A stretch of DNA of 64,000 nt from Eledone cirrhosa (lineage: Eukaryota): contig OZ024753.1 of assembly GCA_964016885.1 (NCBI GenBank), forward strand, positions 1,860,001 through 1,924,000, in the 5' to 3' direction. This document shows, piece by piece, positions 1 to 13,600 of this stretch; position 1 is the stretch's first letter; every line of letters begins with the position of its first letter. Under the pieces are notes generated by a model. The model had not been told where the DNA came from. It made no database searches and saw only the letters and a list, made by a program, of their open reading frames with translations. A program made the position numbers and the translations under genes.

Positions 1-472
1 CAATCACATGACTAAGATTAAAGAATGATTCTAATGAGATTCAAAATCACAATCATCCAGTTGCAGATCACATGATCACTTTTATTTTAACTTGTTTTGT
101 TTCAAAAATATGTAGACTGTATATGGATGTTACAGGCAATGAATTGGCAGATTCATTAGAATGCCAGTTATGTTTTGCAGTATTTGTTCCTGCTCTCTGA
201 ACTTTCACAGCTCAAATCTCATAGATCTCAACTTTGCCTTTCAACTTTTCAAGGTCGATAAAAAGAACACCAGTTAAGTATTGTAGTCAATTCTTCCTCT
301 ACATCTCTTTCTCCCTTCCATTCTCTTGCACTCTATCTTTCTCTTGAAGAAATAGGTTATGTTCAAACCTGGGGCGGGGAATGGCCTCTGCCAGGTTTAA
401 AATGACTAAGATACATTGTAGGTCACAATGACATGCGTACAGTTCCTGTTCCATCTTTTATTTCTCATTCTA

Positions 473-508
473 TCTTCTGATGAAGGACTAGTATCTGAAA
501 TGTTAAGA
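473..508 (+). ncRNA. Degenerate minimal hammerhead in a dispersed PLE-derived repeat (relatives near 39390 +, 44238-44276 -, 55335 -, 57310 -)
   Basis: TCTT-CTGATGA-aggactagtatct-GAAA-tgtt-AAGA; the flanking ~150 bp recurs elsewhere in the window. Confidence 0.6.
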
Positions 509-665
509 CTCTTTTCCTATTATTTCAAGCGTTAAACTAATATATTTTTCATTGTACTGGTCATTTGCCTTTTTATTTCTGTTTACTTTTCATACACACA
601 CACAATATATATATATATATAGATAGATATAACAGACAGTGCTGTAATGATATGGTGGAATTTAC

Positions 666-786
666 CAATTTTTGTGTAGATCTCATGCATGTGAAGCTCA
701 ACCTTGTCTCGATGAAACATGTTATATTCAGCTTGTTCAGCAGTTGGTGGGATCAGGTTAAATTGGCGGGCTACAGCATAACTTTC
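666..786 (-). CDS. KCNAB: Kv-beta exon [40 protein letters not shown](G), 121 nt
   Basis: ttgtatag|GAA AGT TAT GCT...AAA ATT G|gtaaat; matches vertebrate [30 protein letters not shown]. Confidence 0.97.
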
Positions 787-2210
787 CTATACAATGTCAA
801 AAGATAATAGAAACAAAAATAGTAAAACCAAAAATTGAAGAAAACATTATTTAAAAAAAAAAAATCATATTGAGAAATATTGATCACATATTTAAGAAAT
901 AAAAAACATAGGCGTGAATATTTCCTATGTTTTTAATATCAGAAATAATATAGTTTGGTTAAATGAGCATGGTAGACAACTCAGTAATATTTGCACCTTG
1001 CAATGATTTGTCAGCAAAAGAACACACACTCACACACGCGTATAGAGAAATTCGTTTACAAATTTAAAAACTGGAAGGATATAGATGAAAAAGTTATATC
1101 GGCTCCAAATACGATATTTATTACAATAAACTGTACATAAGGCTACATACAATTAAAAAATATATATATATATGAATTCCTAATATGCAAGTTGATCCAC
1201 ATGTAGAGCAAATTTTACATTAAAATATATTACCAAACAATTATATCATAATTTGATTTACATGTTTCATCCGAATAGGACTCGGATTTCACATTGGCAC
1301 TCAAATGAATAATTATACATTAAAAGAGTATTGTATAAGTAAAGTTTCTTTTTTGCAAAGATACTAAGTTCATCTACCATATATATATATATATAATCAT
1401 CATCATCATCATCATCGTTTAATGTCTATTTTCCACACTAGCATGGGTTAGACAGCAGTTGTCCCACCTGAGGCAAGATTGGTCGGGTGACCGTGTCTCG
1501 CTCGTATAGGACTGTCTGCCCTTCCTATTCCTAACACCACACACACACACATATATATACACGCGCGCGCGCGTGCGCGTGTTAAGACATAAGATAGTAA
1601 ATTTAGTTAGAGTTAACTCCCTTGAACTGGGCTGTTAAATTACCAGATCAGAGAAATCAACCTACTCATTTCCACTAAACGAAACCCTCATAATTCGCGG
1701 TATAAATGAAATGGGAAGTTGTGCTATTAATATATTTACATAATCATTGACAACAGATGCAAATCGTTTAAAGTAAATGGCGCCATGGAATATTTGAATG
1801 CTCAAAATTAAGGATATAGGTCCAGTGTAGTCTTTGATGGTAATCCAGTTGCTTAATCCAAGGATTTGGTAATGGTAGTGTCAATAGGAGTAATTGCCTG
1901 CACATGTTTAATATAGTGAACAAGAGAACAAGAAAACACAAATATCAACAAGATAGAATAGGGTGTATATATACACAAACACATATGTACATATATCATC
2001 ATCATCATCATCATCATTTTACGTCCGCTCTTCCCTGCTTGCAAGGGTGGGACGGGTCCTATTCAGCATAGCATCTCTCCACTTGTCACGGTCCTTCGTC
2101 ATCTCCACCGTGAGCTTCAGCTATCTGAGGTCTGCTCTCACCACCTCTGCCCATGTTTTTCGTGGTCTTCCTTCCACTGGCATTTCCTGGCACTTCTTCA
2201 CCCATCGGTC

Positions 2211-2242
<32 letters not shown>

Positions 2243-3153
2243 GTATATACACTCACTCATTTTTTTCTTCTATCACACACTCAGCCATTCTGAGTTCAAA
2301 TCCTACCGAGGTTAACTTTGCCTTTCATCCTTACAGGGTCGATAAAATAAAGTACCAGTAATGTACTGGGTAATTGCTGGCCTTGTGCCAAAAAAGTAGA
2401 AACAATTATATATATATATATACATTCACACACACACAATATATATATATATTGATATATAATGTAACAATTATGTGGCAGTATAATTGCTCAATAAGAG
2501 AATTGAAGCTAAAAGTCCAACATCTCTAAGAGATTATATATATATATATATATATGTGATTATATATATATATACATACACACACACACATTCATATATA
2601 TATATCATCATCATCATCATCATCATTTTACATCCACTTTTCTCTGCTTGCAAGGGTGGGATGGAAACTGATTCTGGCTTGATTTCTACAGCTGGATGCC
2701 CTTCCTAACACCAACCTCATTTACAGTGAGTGCTGGGTGCTTTTTTGCCGTGGCACCTCCACGACCACTTTGCAGTGGAATGATAGGGACCCCAGTCCCT
2801 ATCATCTCATTTCTACAGCTGAGTAAACTGGAGCAATGTGAAATAAAGTGTCTTGCTCAAGGAAACAACACATCACCCAGTCTGAGAATTGAACCCACAA
2901 CCTTTCGATTGCAAGCCCAATGCTCTAACCACTAAGCCATGTGATATATATATATATATTAAAATACAAATATTAATAGAGTAGAGTGCTTCCAATCTAC
3001 TGTAAAACTCATTCTTTGATGTACTCATTGAATCTTGTTTAACTCTTTAATATATATATATATATACACACACACATCCATATATATATACACCCACACC
3101 CACATATATATATATATATGCACACACATCCATATTTATTTATCTCTACCCAT

Positions 3154-3200
<47 letters not shown>

Positions 3201-3221
3201 TCCACGTAATTATACATGCAT

Positions 3222-3262
<41 letters not shown>

Positions 3263-3663
3263 CATGCACACACATCCATATTTATTTATCTATACACACA
3301 CACACATATATATATATATACATGCATGCACACATATATACATACACATACACACATCCATATATAGATATACATGCACACACACCCACATATATATACA
3401 TGCACACACATCCATATTATATATATATATGCACACACATCCATATCTACCTCTCTCTCTCTCTCTATATATATATATATGCATACACACCCATATATAT
3501 ATATATATACACACATCCATATATAGATATACATGCACACACACCCACATATATATACATTCACACACATCCATATTTATATATATATATGCACACACAT
3601 CCATATCTATCTATCTATCTCCCTCTCTCTCTCTCTCTATATATATATATATGTATACACACC

Positions 3664-3711
<48 letters not shown>

Positions 3712-3826
3712 CACATCCATATATAGATATACATGCACACACACCCACATATATATACATGCACACACATCCATATCTATCTATCTCCCTCTCTCTCTCT
3801 CTCCATATATATATATGCATACACAC

Positions 3827-3865
<39 letters not shown>

Positions 3866-3998
3866 TACACACCCATATATATATATACACACATCCATAT
3901 ATAGATATACATGCACACACACCCACATATATATACATGCACACACATCCATATTTATATATATATATATGCACACACATCCATATCTACCTATCTCC

Positions 3999-4036
<38 letters not shown>

Positions 4037-4603
4037 GCATACACACCCATATATATATATACATATATACACACACCCATATTCTCTAGGGTTGGGTAAT
4101 AAGGAAGATGCCAGTCTTTTATTCTAAAGTCCTCCTTCACATCCGTTTTCCTCACATTAGTATTTACTAATATTTATTTTACATGTAACGCTATGTAACT
4201 ACCTTGATTAACTCATCATCATCATCATCATCATCATCATCACCATTTTACGTCCGTTCTTCCACGCTAGCATGGGTTAGACGGGTTGTCCTGTTGTGGG
4301 CAGTGTCCGGTCGGCTGACCTTGTCTTGCTCATACATATATAATCATACCATGACTGAATCTTAACCATCTACCATGTCAGGGTATGTCATGCATCATCT
4401 TATTTTATCTGATGAGGATGTACTGTTGAACTTAACTCAGTACCTCTGAAATATGTATAATAAAATATAATTGATCACAAGAATATCTATTTTGTTAATA
4501 TTTTGAATTAATATTAATAACTCTGGAAAACCTTTTTGCTGTTGAGTGCTTCCAATATATTGTAAAACTCATTCTTTGATGTATTCATTGACCCTTGTTT
4601 AAC

Positions 4604-4648
<45 letters not shown>

Positions 4649-7600
4649 GTATACATATTTATATATATATATATGTATGTACATACGTGATGCCCATGAA
4701 GGACGATAGCTGTATAAAAAAGTGCAGGGCAATAAAAATAGACGGTAGCCACGGAGTAGGCAGACCCAGAAAAACCTGGGACGACTTGATAAATTCCGAC
4801 CTCACACACTTACACCTCTCCAAGACAATGTCACTGGACCGAGATCTTTGGCGGTACTCAGTAATAGAGAAGACCCGCCTTACCTAAATACAAAGTAAAA
4901 CCTACTACAGTCAGTAGGCATCTCTAACAAAATACACCCCCGTCCCACTACCCCCACCCCATCCACACCACCCCTTTCAATGTAAAGTTATGTTGGTACC
5001 ACAACATCCAGGCCGAAACAAATGAGGTCGTGTAGGTGTCACAACAAAAAACACACAGTCCACGCTGTAATGTGGCCGTGTAGGTAACACGGTAAAAACC
5101 TCCCAGTCCACACTGTAAATGTGGTTGGTGTTAGGAAGGGCATCCAGCTGTAGAAAACCCGCCAGACAGTCCTATGCAAGCAAGACAACCACTCTTGCCT
5201 CAAGTGGGAAAACTCCCGTCCAAACCCATGCAAGCGTGGAATATGGACATTAAACGATGATGATGATGATGATATATGTGTGTATATATATATGTGTGTG
5301 TGTGTATATATATATATGTATATATATGCATGTATACATACACATGTATATACATACACATATATTTACACACACACATATATATATATACACACATACA
5401 CACACACACATTATATATAAGTGGTTCAGTAGATTAAATCCACTCCAGTGCATTGCTGGTACTTTATTTTATCAACCCCTCACCTCTCCTGTAAGGATAA
5501 ATGGCAAAGTTAATTTCAGTAGGATTTGAACTCAGAATGTAAAGGGCCGTAACTCTACGCCATACAACATCTTGTCCGGCGCTCTACCGATTGCTGCCAA
5601 AACACCGAACCTGCTTTTATTTTCTCGGTGAAGAGGAAAATATTATAAAAAGTAAATTTATAAATATATAAAAAAAGGGACCAAACTAGTTGGGTTTACT
5701 AAATACTAAAGAGGGAGAAATGGAGGTAAAACGGTGGTGATGGTGATGATGGTGGTGGTGGTGGTGGTGATGGTGGTGGTGGTGATGGTGGTGATGGTGG
5801 TGGTGGTGATGATGGTGATGGTGATGGTGGTGGTGGTGGTGGTGATGGTGGCGGTGGTGTTGGTGATGATGACGGTGGTGTTGGTGGTGGTGATGACGGT
5901 GTTGGTGGTGGTGATGATGGGTGTTGGTGGTGGTGATGATGGTGTTGGTGGTGGTGATGATGGTGGTGGTGGTGATGGTGGTGGTGGTGATGATGATGGT
6001 GGTGGTGGTGATGATGATGGTGGTGGTGGTGATGATGGTGGTGGTGGTGGTGGTGGTGGTGGTGGTGGTGGTGGTGGTCGTGGTGTTGGTGGTGGTGATG
6101 ATGGTGATGGTGGTGATGGTGGTGGTGATGATGATGATGGTGGTGGTGATGATGATGATGGTGATGATAATGATGATGATGGAGAAAGATAAGGAAAGAG
6201 AGAAGAGGTTAAGTTATGTTTTTTTATCTGAGAAAAAAATTTTAACTAAAAAAATACAAGAAAAAAAATATAAGAAAAAAGAAAGGGAATGAAAAATATA
6301 TATATATATATATATATATCTGTTTGTGGCTGATGGCTGAGAGAAAGGAGTACTCAATGCCGAAGTAGAGTTTTGATATTCATTTTATTAAGGCTAAATA
6401 TCGAGTCGTGTTACTCTGGAGTTTCACCTGTTAATCCCAGAGTTATCATATAAGAACTGTTCTTGACTGATGACCCCGTGATAAACTTCTTTAAGATAGT
6501 TTATTTACAATAATGTATAACCTTACCGGTTTCACAAGTTTCATGATTTTCAAAAGTTAAGAGAGATGGAGAGATGTGTCGCTATACCGACTCGAGACTT
6601 GTGAAACTGATAAAGTTATAAATTATTTTGTAAATAAACCTTCTTAAAGACTCCCACGAGGGATATATTAAAAAATTTTACTTTTGAATATATATATATA
6701 TGTGTGTATATATTTACACAGCTGTAGAAATGAGTTGCAACATCACTGATGCCAAGGTGTATCAGCCATTGCTTTTCCATTGAACAACAATGGTTGCATG
6801 GAGAGAGTAGGCTGGTATGCATGGGCAACTGCTGGTCTTCCACAAACAACCTTGCTTGGACTTGCACCTCACAATACAAACTAGTGTCTTTATTCTAATA
6901 CTGCAAATTTTCTCAAAGATCCACACACTGGTAAAAATACTATTAACGATTGAGCTAATAAACATGTTTTAAGATATTTACAACAAAATTGTTACAAGAT
7001 ATTAAGATTAAAGTCGACTTTACCATGATTTCTGTTGGTGTCCAGCGGGAGGTGCCCCAGTACATAGCCCATCCTTGATTGATGACAAATGTGAAGGCAC
7101 GGACAATTTCTGGAAACAAATAGAAAAAAGATTTTTTAAAATAAGTAAGAGAATGATGATTTATCTGAAAAATAAAATGAAATAATAGGTTAATTTTAAT
7201 CATTAAGTATGTTTTTTTTTATTTGTGACAGCCCATTGTGGTTAAGTGGATAAAGAATTGATATTTTTTTAATTTATTTATTCAAGGAGTACAGCACCAA
7301 TAAACCTCTTTCAGGGATCTACAAGACTGGTGGTAGGCACAAGCACGGCTGAATGGCTAAGAAGTTTACAATGATTAAGTCCAAGTTCAATCCCAATGCT
7401 TCACATACTGAGCAAGTATCATTTCTCAGAGCCTTGGGTCAACCTATGCCTTGTCAGTGAAATTGGATAGATGGAAACTATTCATAAGCCTTGTCACATG
7501 CTGTCATGCTGAATCTCACTAAGAATTATATTGAGGGTACACAGTCCTGTGGAATGTTAGGCTACCTACAAGTTAATTTTGTGAGCACTGAAACATCAAA

Positions 7601-10600
7601 ACCAACAGAGGTTCATTCCTCCCTATATCTATGACAGCTTTCTGTAGAATTATAAGAAATGTTAATGAGAATATATAATATATATTGGTTTATTGTCAAC
7701 CTGTATATAATTTCGTATTTATTCAGCTCCTAAACCTTTATAGGAAGCAGCAAATTGACAGAGTTGTTAAAACATCAGATATTCTGTTGATCGAATAACT
7801 GAAACACTCTTCATTTAGACTGATGAAGCTCCATTTGAAGACTGGCGGGAATGAGGAAAATATAATAAAATTAGAGACCTGGTCTGAATATTTGCAAGAG
7901 ATTGGACTTGGTTAAAGTTATCTAATGGCCATATCATGGTGTTAAAATAGGTGACTGATTAAATGTACCACCTGAGTAAGCCGCAGTTGAATTTAAATTC
8001 AGAACAAAAAGAGCTGGAAAAAATATTGCAAACCAGCCTACTTGATATTCTAACTAATTCATTAATTTACTGACCTAGCCTGGTACTTTATTTATAGACA
8101 TCAATACGATGTAAGGCAAAGTTAATCTTGGCGGGATTTGAACACTGAATACAAAATGCTGACATAAATAATACAAGGTATGTTATTTATGTATAAAATT
8201 GTAATAGTACAAGGCTTATACCAAAGCAATAGTTATTCTTAATATGGATAAAATATGTATAAAGTATTTATTCACTGTGTCAATTTAATCAATAATTTTT
8301 AAGTCACATAATTTAACATTGCCTTTTATCTTTCAAGGATCAATAAAATATATACCAATCATATATTGCCATCAATCAATCTGTTAAATCAATAGCTGGC
8401 TAAATATTAACAACACATTTCCTAGGCAACCAGTATTTTAACCATGTTTAACCAAATTTGGCAACAAAATATTGATTCATTAATATAATATTAAAATAGA
8501 GTAAAATCTGGAATATAGTGAAACTGGTGATGGTCAGTGAATGTAAAGTCCAGAAGATTGATAAAGTTTATTTCATCAATTTAGCCTTTTGGTTGAGAGT
8601 GAAGAATTATGAACAAAACTGAAATTAAAAGATTGATTTGGTAAACAGAGGGATTACTAAGTTAGCGGGGTTGCAATAAAAGGGAGTGAGAAACCAATGG
8701 GGCAAGGTGATGGAGGAGAAGGATCAAAATATTAGATGGGAAGAGAGATAGATGAATCCCTCAAACAACATTTACCCCTTTCAATACTAACCCACCTGAA
8801 ACCACCCTGGTTTTATTAGACACATCTGTTCATTTTAAAATGTATATAATTATATTCAACCTTCTGTGATAATTTTATTTAAGCAATTTTTGTTAAGTAA
8901 TGTTCCAAACTTTAGTTTACAAAAGATTAGTTATCTCATTAAATTTTTCCAATTTTCAAAATTAATTGATAGAATAGGCAGTGTATTTTATTTGAAATTT
9001 ATACATTTGATGTTCTTGGCCAAACTGGATAGTTATGCATTATTGATGGTATTTCATGTTTAAATTATTATAGTTATTATTTTTGTTATTATTTTTGCTG
9101 TTTGTTGTGAACCATCAAGTTCCACTTAGATCATTATTCTAGAATTACTGAATAGAATTTTTTTGTTGTATTTACAAACAAAAGGCTTCAGAATATTTAA
9201 ATGTTAAATGTTTACACCATTACCTGGAACAAGGAAAAAATGAGATTTTATTAAGTACTTATATATTTTTACAAACATCTATTTTGCTTTGTCTATTAGG
9301 GGTTTAGTATGGCCATCTTTGTAATATTAGGTACAAGTGCCAGCCACAATGGTGGTAGCATTGAATGCCCACCAAAAATGGTGGTAGCAGTGAAAATCCA
9401 TCCAAAACGTTAGCAGACACAGAGACAACAAACAAACAAACGAAAAAAAAGAAGAAAATTAGAAAATAATGACAATTAGACAAAGAGACACATTTATAAA
9501 CACAATTACAATATAAAAAAAGCAACAAAACAAGACACAAAATTAGCAAAAATGCAAATTTAAACAACAATAACAAAAGCACAAATAGTGAAGAACAGCA
9601 AATAATCTTTTGCTAGTGTTGCAAAGTAAGGAAACACTGCATGGATCTTCTGATAATATGGCTTGATTATATTAAAGCATTTGATTCTATTTCTAAATGA
9701 TGTTTGCTGAAATCATTACACTTGGCAAAATTACCAGCTACCTTAGTCACTGCCATCAAAAGGCTCACAAAATCCTGATCAATAAACCTCACACATGTAA
9801 CTGAAATCAGAACAATGTTTCTGATATAAATAAAGAGAACATCCAAGGAGACAGTCTGTCTATACCTCTGATTATTTTGGCATTAAATCCTCTGTTTTTC
9901 TTTTACAAAAATCCAGTGGTTATATGTCAAGGTCTACAAGAGCAAGAGATGCCAATGTAACCCACAATTTCTTAGTAGATTATTTAAAGATCTATACTAG
10001 ACACAATGCTGAGAAACTGCTAAAGTTATTAACATTTTCAATTGATAAAGGGATGGATATTTGTCAAAAAGAAGTGTCTATATTTGGTTAGTTGAATACT
10101 GATTAATACTGAGAAATTGTTTCATAAAGCCTCTATGGCCTCTCTATCTGCCCTACACTACACACAAAAGCTACGAATATCTAGAAATTTACAAACATAT
10201 TTCATACAGAGGTACGGTGAACAAACAATATTATACCAGACTTTAAATAATATAGCAGTCTGAGCAGTCCCTTTACAAAGTATACTGATACTAATATTTG
10301 GGATACTTAACTAGTCTGTAAAGCAAATTCCATTCCATAGATATTAAAACACACACAAGATCCTAACATTGGTTGAAAACCTCTACAGAAACAGTGATAT
10401 CAACAGGTTCTAAGAGAAAAGGAGAGGAGATTTTTGAAATTAGTGCAGACAACATTTGAGTGTCATGTGGTTTCACTCAGACAGAATCTGCTAAAAGATA
10501 AATGTAGCAACAATAAATACATCAAAGCTTAATAGTGAGGAGGTCATCCTAAAGGTCAGTAGTGAAGTCCTCAAGAATTACTCACTTCTAGATTACCTCC

Positions 10601-13600
10601 TATGTAACCCCAGAATTGCTGGACTTGTTCGTATACCCTAAGAAAGACCTAGAAAGAAACATTCAGCATACCATAAAAATGTTATGCATGGTTATGTTCC
10701 CTGAAAACTTGAGGATGATGTTAACATTGACATGAAGTATAGCACCTATTAGACTTGTAATTGTTACATCACTTCACGCTTTGAAATATATGCTTTTGAA
10801 ATCTAAGGTGGATACATTTCATTGTAAAAGTTGACCATTTCTACCATACTTATATATAGTATGATGATAACGATGACAACAATCATGATGATAATGATGA
10901 TAGTATAAATGAATGTTTGTGTGTGCAAGAGTGGGCAGACATATAAGTAAGTGCACAAGCTGATCTACAATAGCAACATGAACAGCAATAGCAAAAATAG
11001 TAATAATAATTGTTTCTACTTTTGGCACCAGGCCAGCAATTATCCCAGTGCATTACTGGTACTTTATTTTATCGACCCCGTAAGGATGAAAGGCAAAGTT
11101 AACCTCGGCGGGATCAAGGCCAACAATTTTTGGGGAGGAGAAAGTCGATTAAATCAACCTAGTGCATTACTGGTACTTTATTTTATCGACCCCATAACGA
11201 TGAAAGGCAAAGCTAGCCTCGGCAGGATTTGAACTGAAAAGGTAGAGGGCCATAATCCGATGCTCTACCGATACTGCCAAACACCACCCTATAATAATAA
11301 TAATTGTTTCTACTTTTGGCACAAGGCCAGCAATTATCCCAGTGCATTACTGGTACTTTATTTTATCAACCCCGTAAGGATGAAAGGCAAAGTTATCCTC
11401 GGCAGGATTTGAACTCGGAATGGCAAGGGCCGTAACTCTTTGCATCAAAGCATGGTGTCCGACCCTCTACCGATATTGCCAATCCACCGCCCTATACTAA
11501 TAATAACAATAATAATAATAATAATAAAACCAGTAATGATAATTATCATTATCATCATCCACATCATTTCATGTTCCCTTTCCATGCTAGTATGGATTAA
11601 ATGTGTTATAATTGTTTCAGATCTTATTTGGAGTGACTGCCCTTCCAGACAGGTTGACGGACTATATCATACTCATATATTCCATTATTGGCATAGTTTC
11701 TATTACTAGAGGTTGTACATTACACAAACGACTTTACAGAGTGTACTGGGTGTATTTTATCATGGTATCATTATATAGGGGGGGGGGTCTGTCCTCAGCA
11801 AGACTAAAGGGTGCTCTCAACCTTACACTGATTTTACTCATTTGTCAACCCCTTTACTGAGTGTTCTGAATGCTTTTAATTATGGTACCATGCAAGAAAA
11901 TATTACTACTGTAACAGCAACAGCAACAACAAAAAAAAAAACAATAATATACAAGTTATTTATTAGGCATGAATATAGAAATATATATTTTCCAGTTTTG
12001 CTATCTTTCAAGCCTTTTCTTCTGGCATAGCAGAAAATATATGCAAATATAATGAAATAAACAAAAATAAAATTTTAAAAACTTGCCTAAAATAAAAGTT
12101 GAATTTTTGAGAGAGAAAGTGGCAGCTATATTAAAGAAATACTCACCACTCATGAATAAGGGGTCGAGCAAACTGATGTTGGAATTTACATCTGGTGTGT
12201 GGAGCGTGAGGGAATAGTGAAGAAGTAACTTTAAATGTTAAAGGGACTGGATGAAGAAAGGCAACACACAATGTTGGTAGGTGCCAAGAGAAACAGCAGT
12301 AAAAGAAAAAAAGATGAATTTTACCAAAAAAAAAAAAAAGAGAAGCAGGACACTCAATTAACCCTTTTGATACCAAACCCTCTGAAACCAGCCCTATATC
12401 TGTTGTTGTACGTAAAAGGAGAGTAATATTTGCTGGACACTGCCATGTGCCACCTACGAGGCTGTGTCCCCATTAGTGCTTTGGAAACCACAAGCAGTCA
12501 CTAATAACAGGGGGCACAGGCTCTCCTACCCCGATGTCATCTCCAGAGATTCTGGTATTGAAATCCAGGACTTGGCAACGGCAATGAATGACAGACCCAC
12601 ATGGAGATCAAATGTTGAGTCCATTTCAGCTGAGGCCACCGGATGATGATTTCTATAATATAAAACTCCTTATTTAAAAGTGTTTATATTTATCTAAAAA
12701 ACTTCCTTCATAATTTTATGTAGGAACCTTTGTAAAGTTATGCTCCAAACACCAGGTGAAAAAGTTATTTTACTAAATCCCTTGAAATTCTTGATTATTT
12801 TTCAAATCATTTGAACATTATAGTGTCTTTTATTAGAAATATGGTAACAAAAGGGTTAAGGAAACAAATCTCTCAACATTGAAACTTTCATTTACTTCCT
12901 AGACAAATTAAAAGATTCACACAAAATAATCAACAACAAACAAGAAAACAATAAGGAATATATACAATGGATGAGACAATTATTTTGATATGACACATTA
13001 TGTATATATATATATATATAAACATATACATACATGCACCCACTATATTACACTTACACACTCATACAAATATACATCATCATCATCAACATCGTTATTT
13101 TTATATCAATCTGATTGAGCACTCATGATGAAAGACATTCTAGCTAGAATCATTCCATCCTATATATACTGCTCGGAGTTGCAACCAATAGATAGTATCA
13201 GCAATGGAAAGACCAATGGAAACATTGTTTCCTTGGTCCAATTTGACAAGCCCCACCCCACTTGGTAAGTGAATGCGGTCTGGGATCTTGTCAATCGATC
13301 TACCCACTTCAACAGGTGCATATACACTGAGTAGACTTATGTTTTAGAATGTAACTAAGGTATCTGGTTACTAGTAAGAAAGATAGGAAGTTTAAATCTT
13401 ATAAATAGTTGTATGTTGAGTCCTTGGGTAAAGTATTCACCTATATCATATTTATAATTTCAACTAAGATGGTGTCGAGGTGAGATGTTTAGCTCCATGC
13501 TATTTCAACTAGAAAATTAACAACCAGTTTGTTTGAATGTACTTTTGAATGTTAGCCAGCTCATTTATAAGCAAGTATACAGACACACCCATATATATAT

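Noticed and set aside
1255-1300. Minus-strand stem followed by GAAACATGTA (half hammerhead)
   Set aside because: The CTGANGA core is missing.
5734-6292. Gly/Asp- or Val/Met-rich ORFs
   Set aside because: (GGT/GAT)n microsatellite translation.
9340-9430. Duplicated AATGGTGGTAGCA motif after a pyrimidine tract and TGCTAAC (microexon-like context)
   Set aside because: No AG acceptor at a usable distance.
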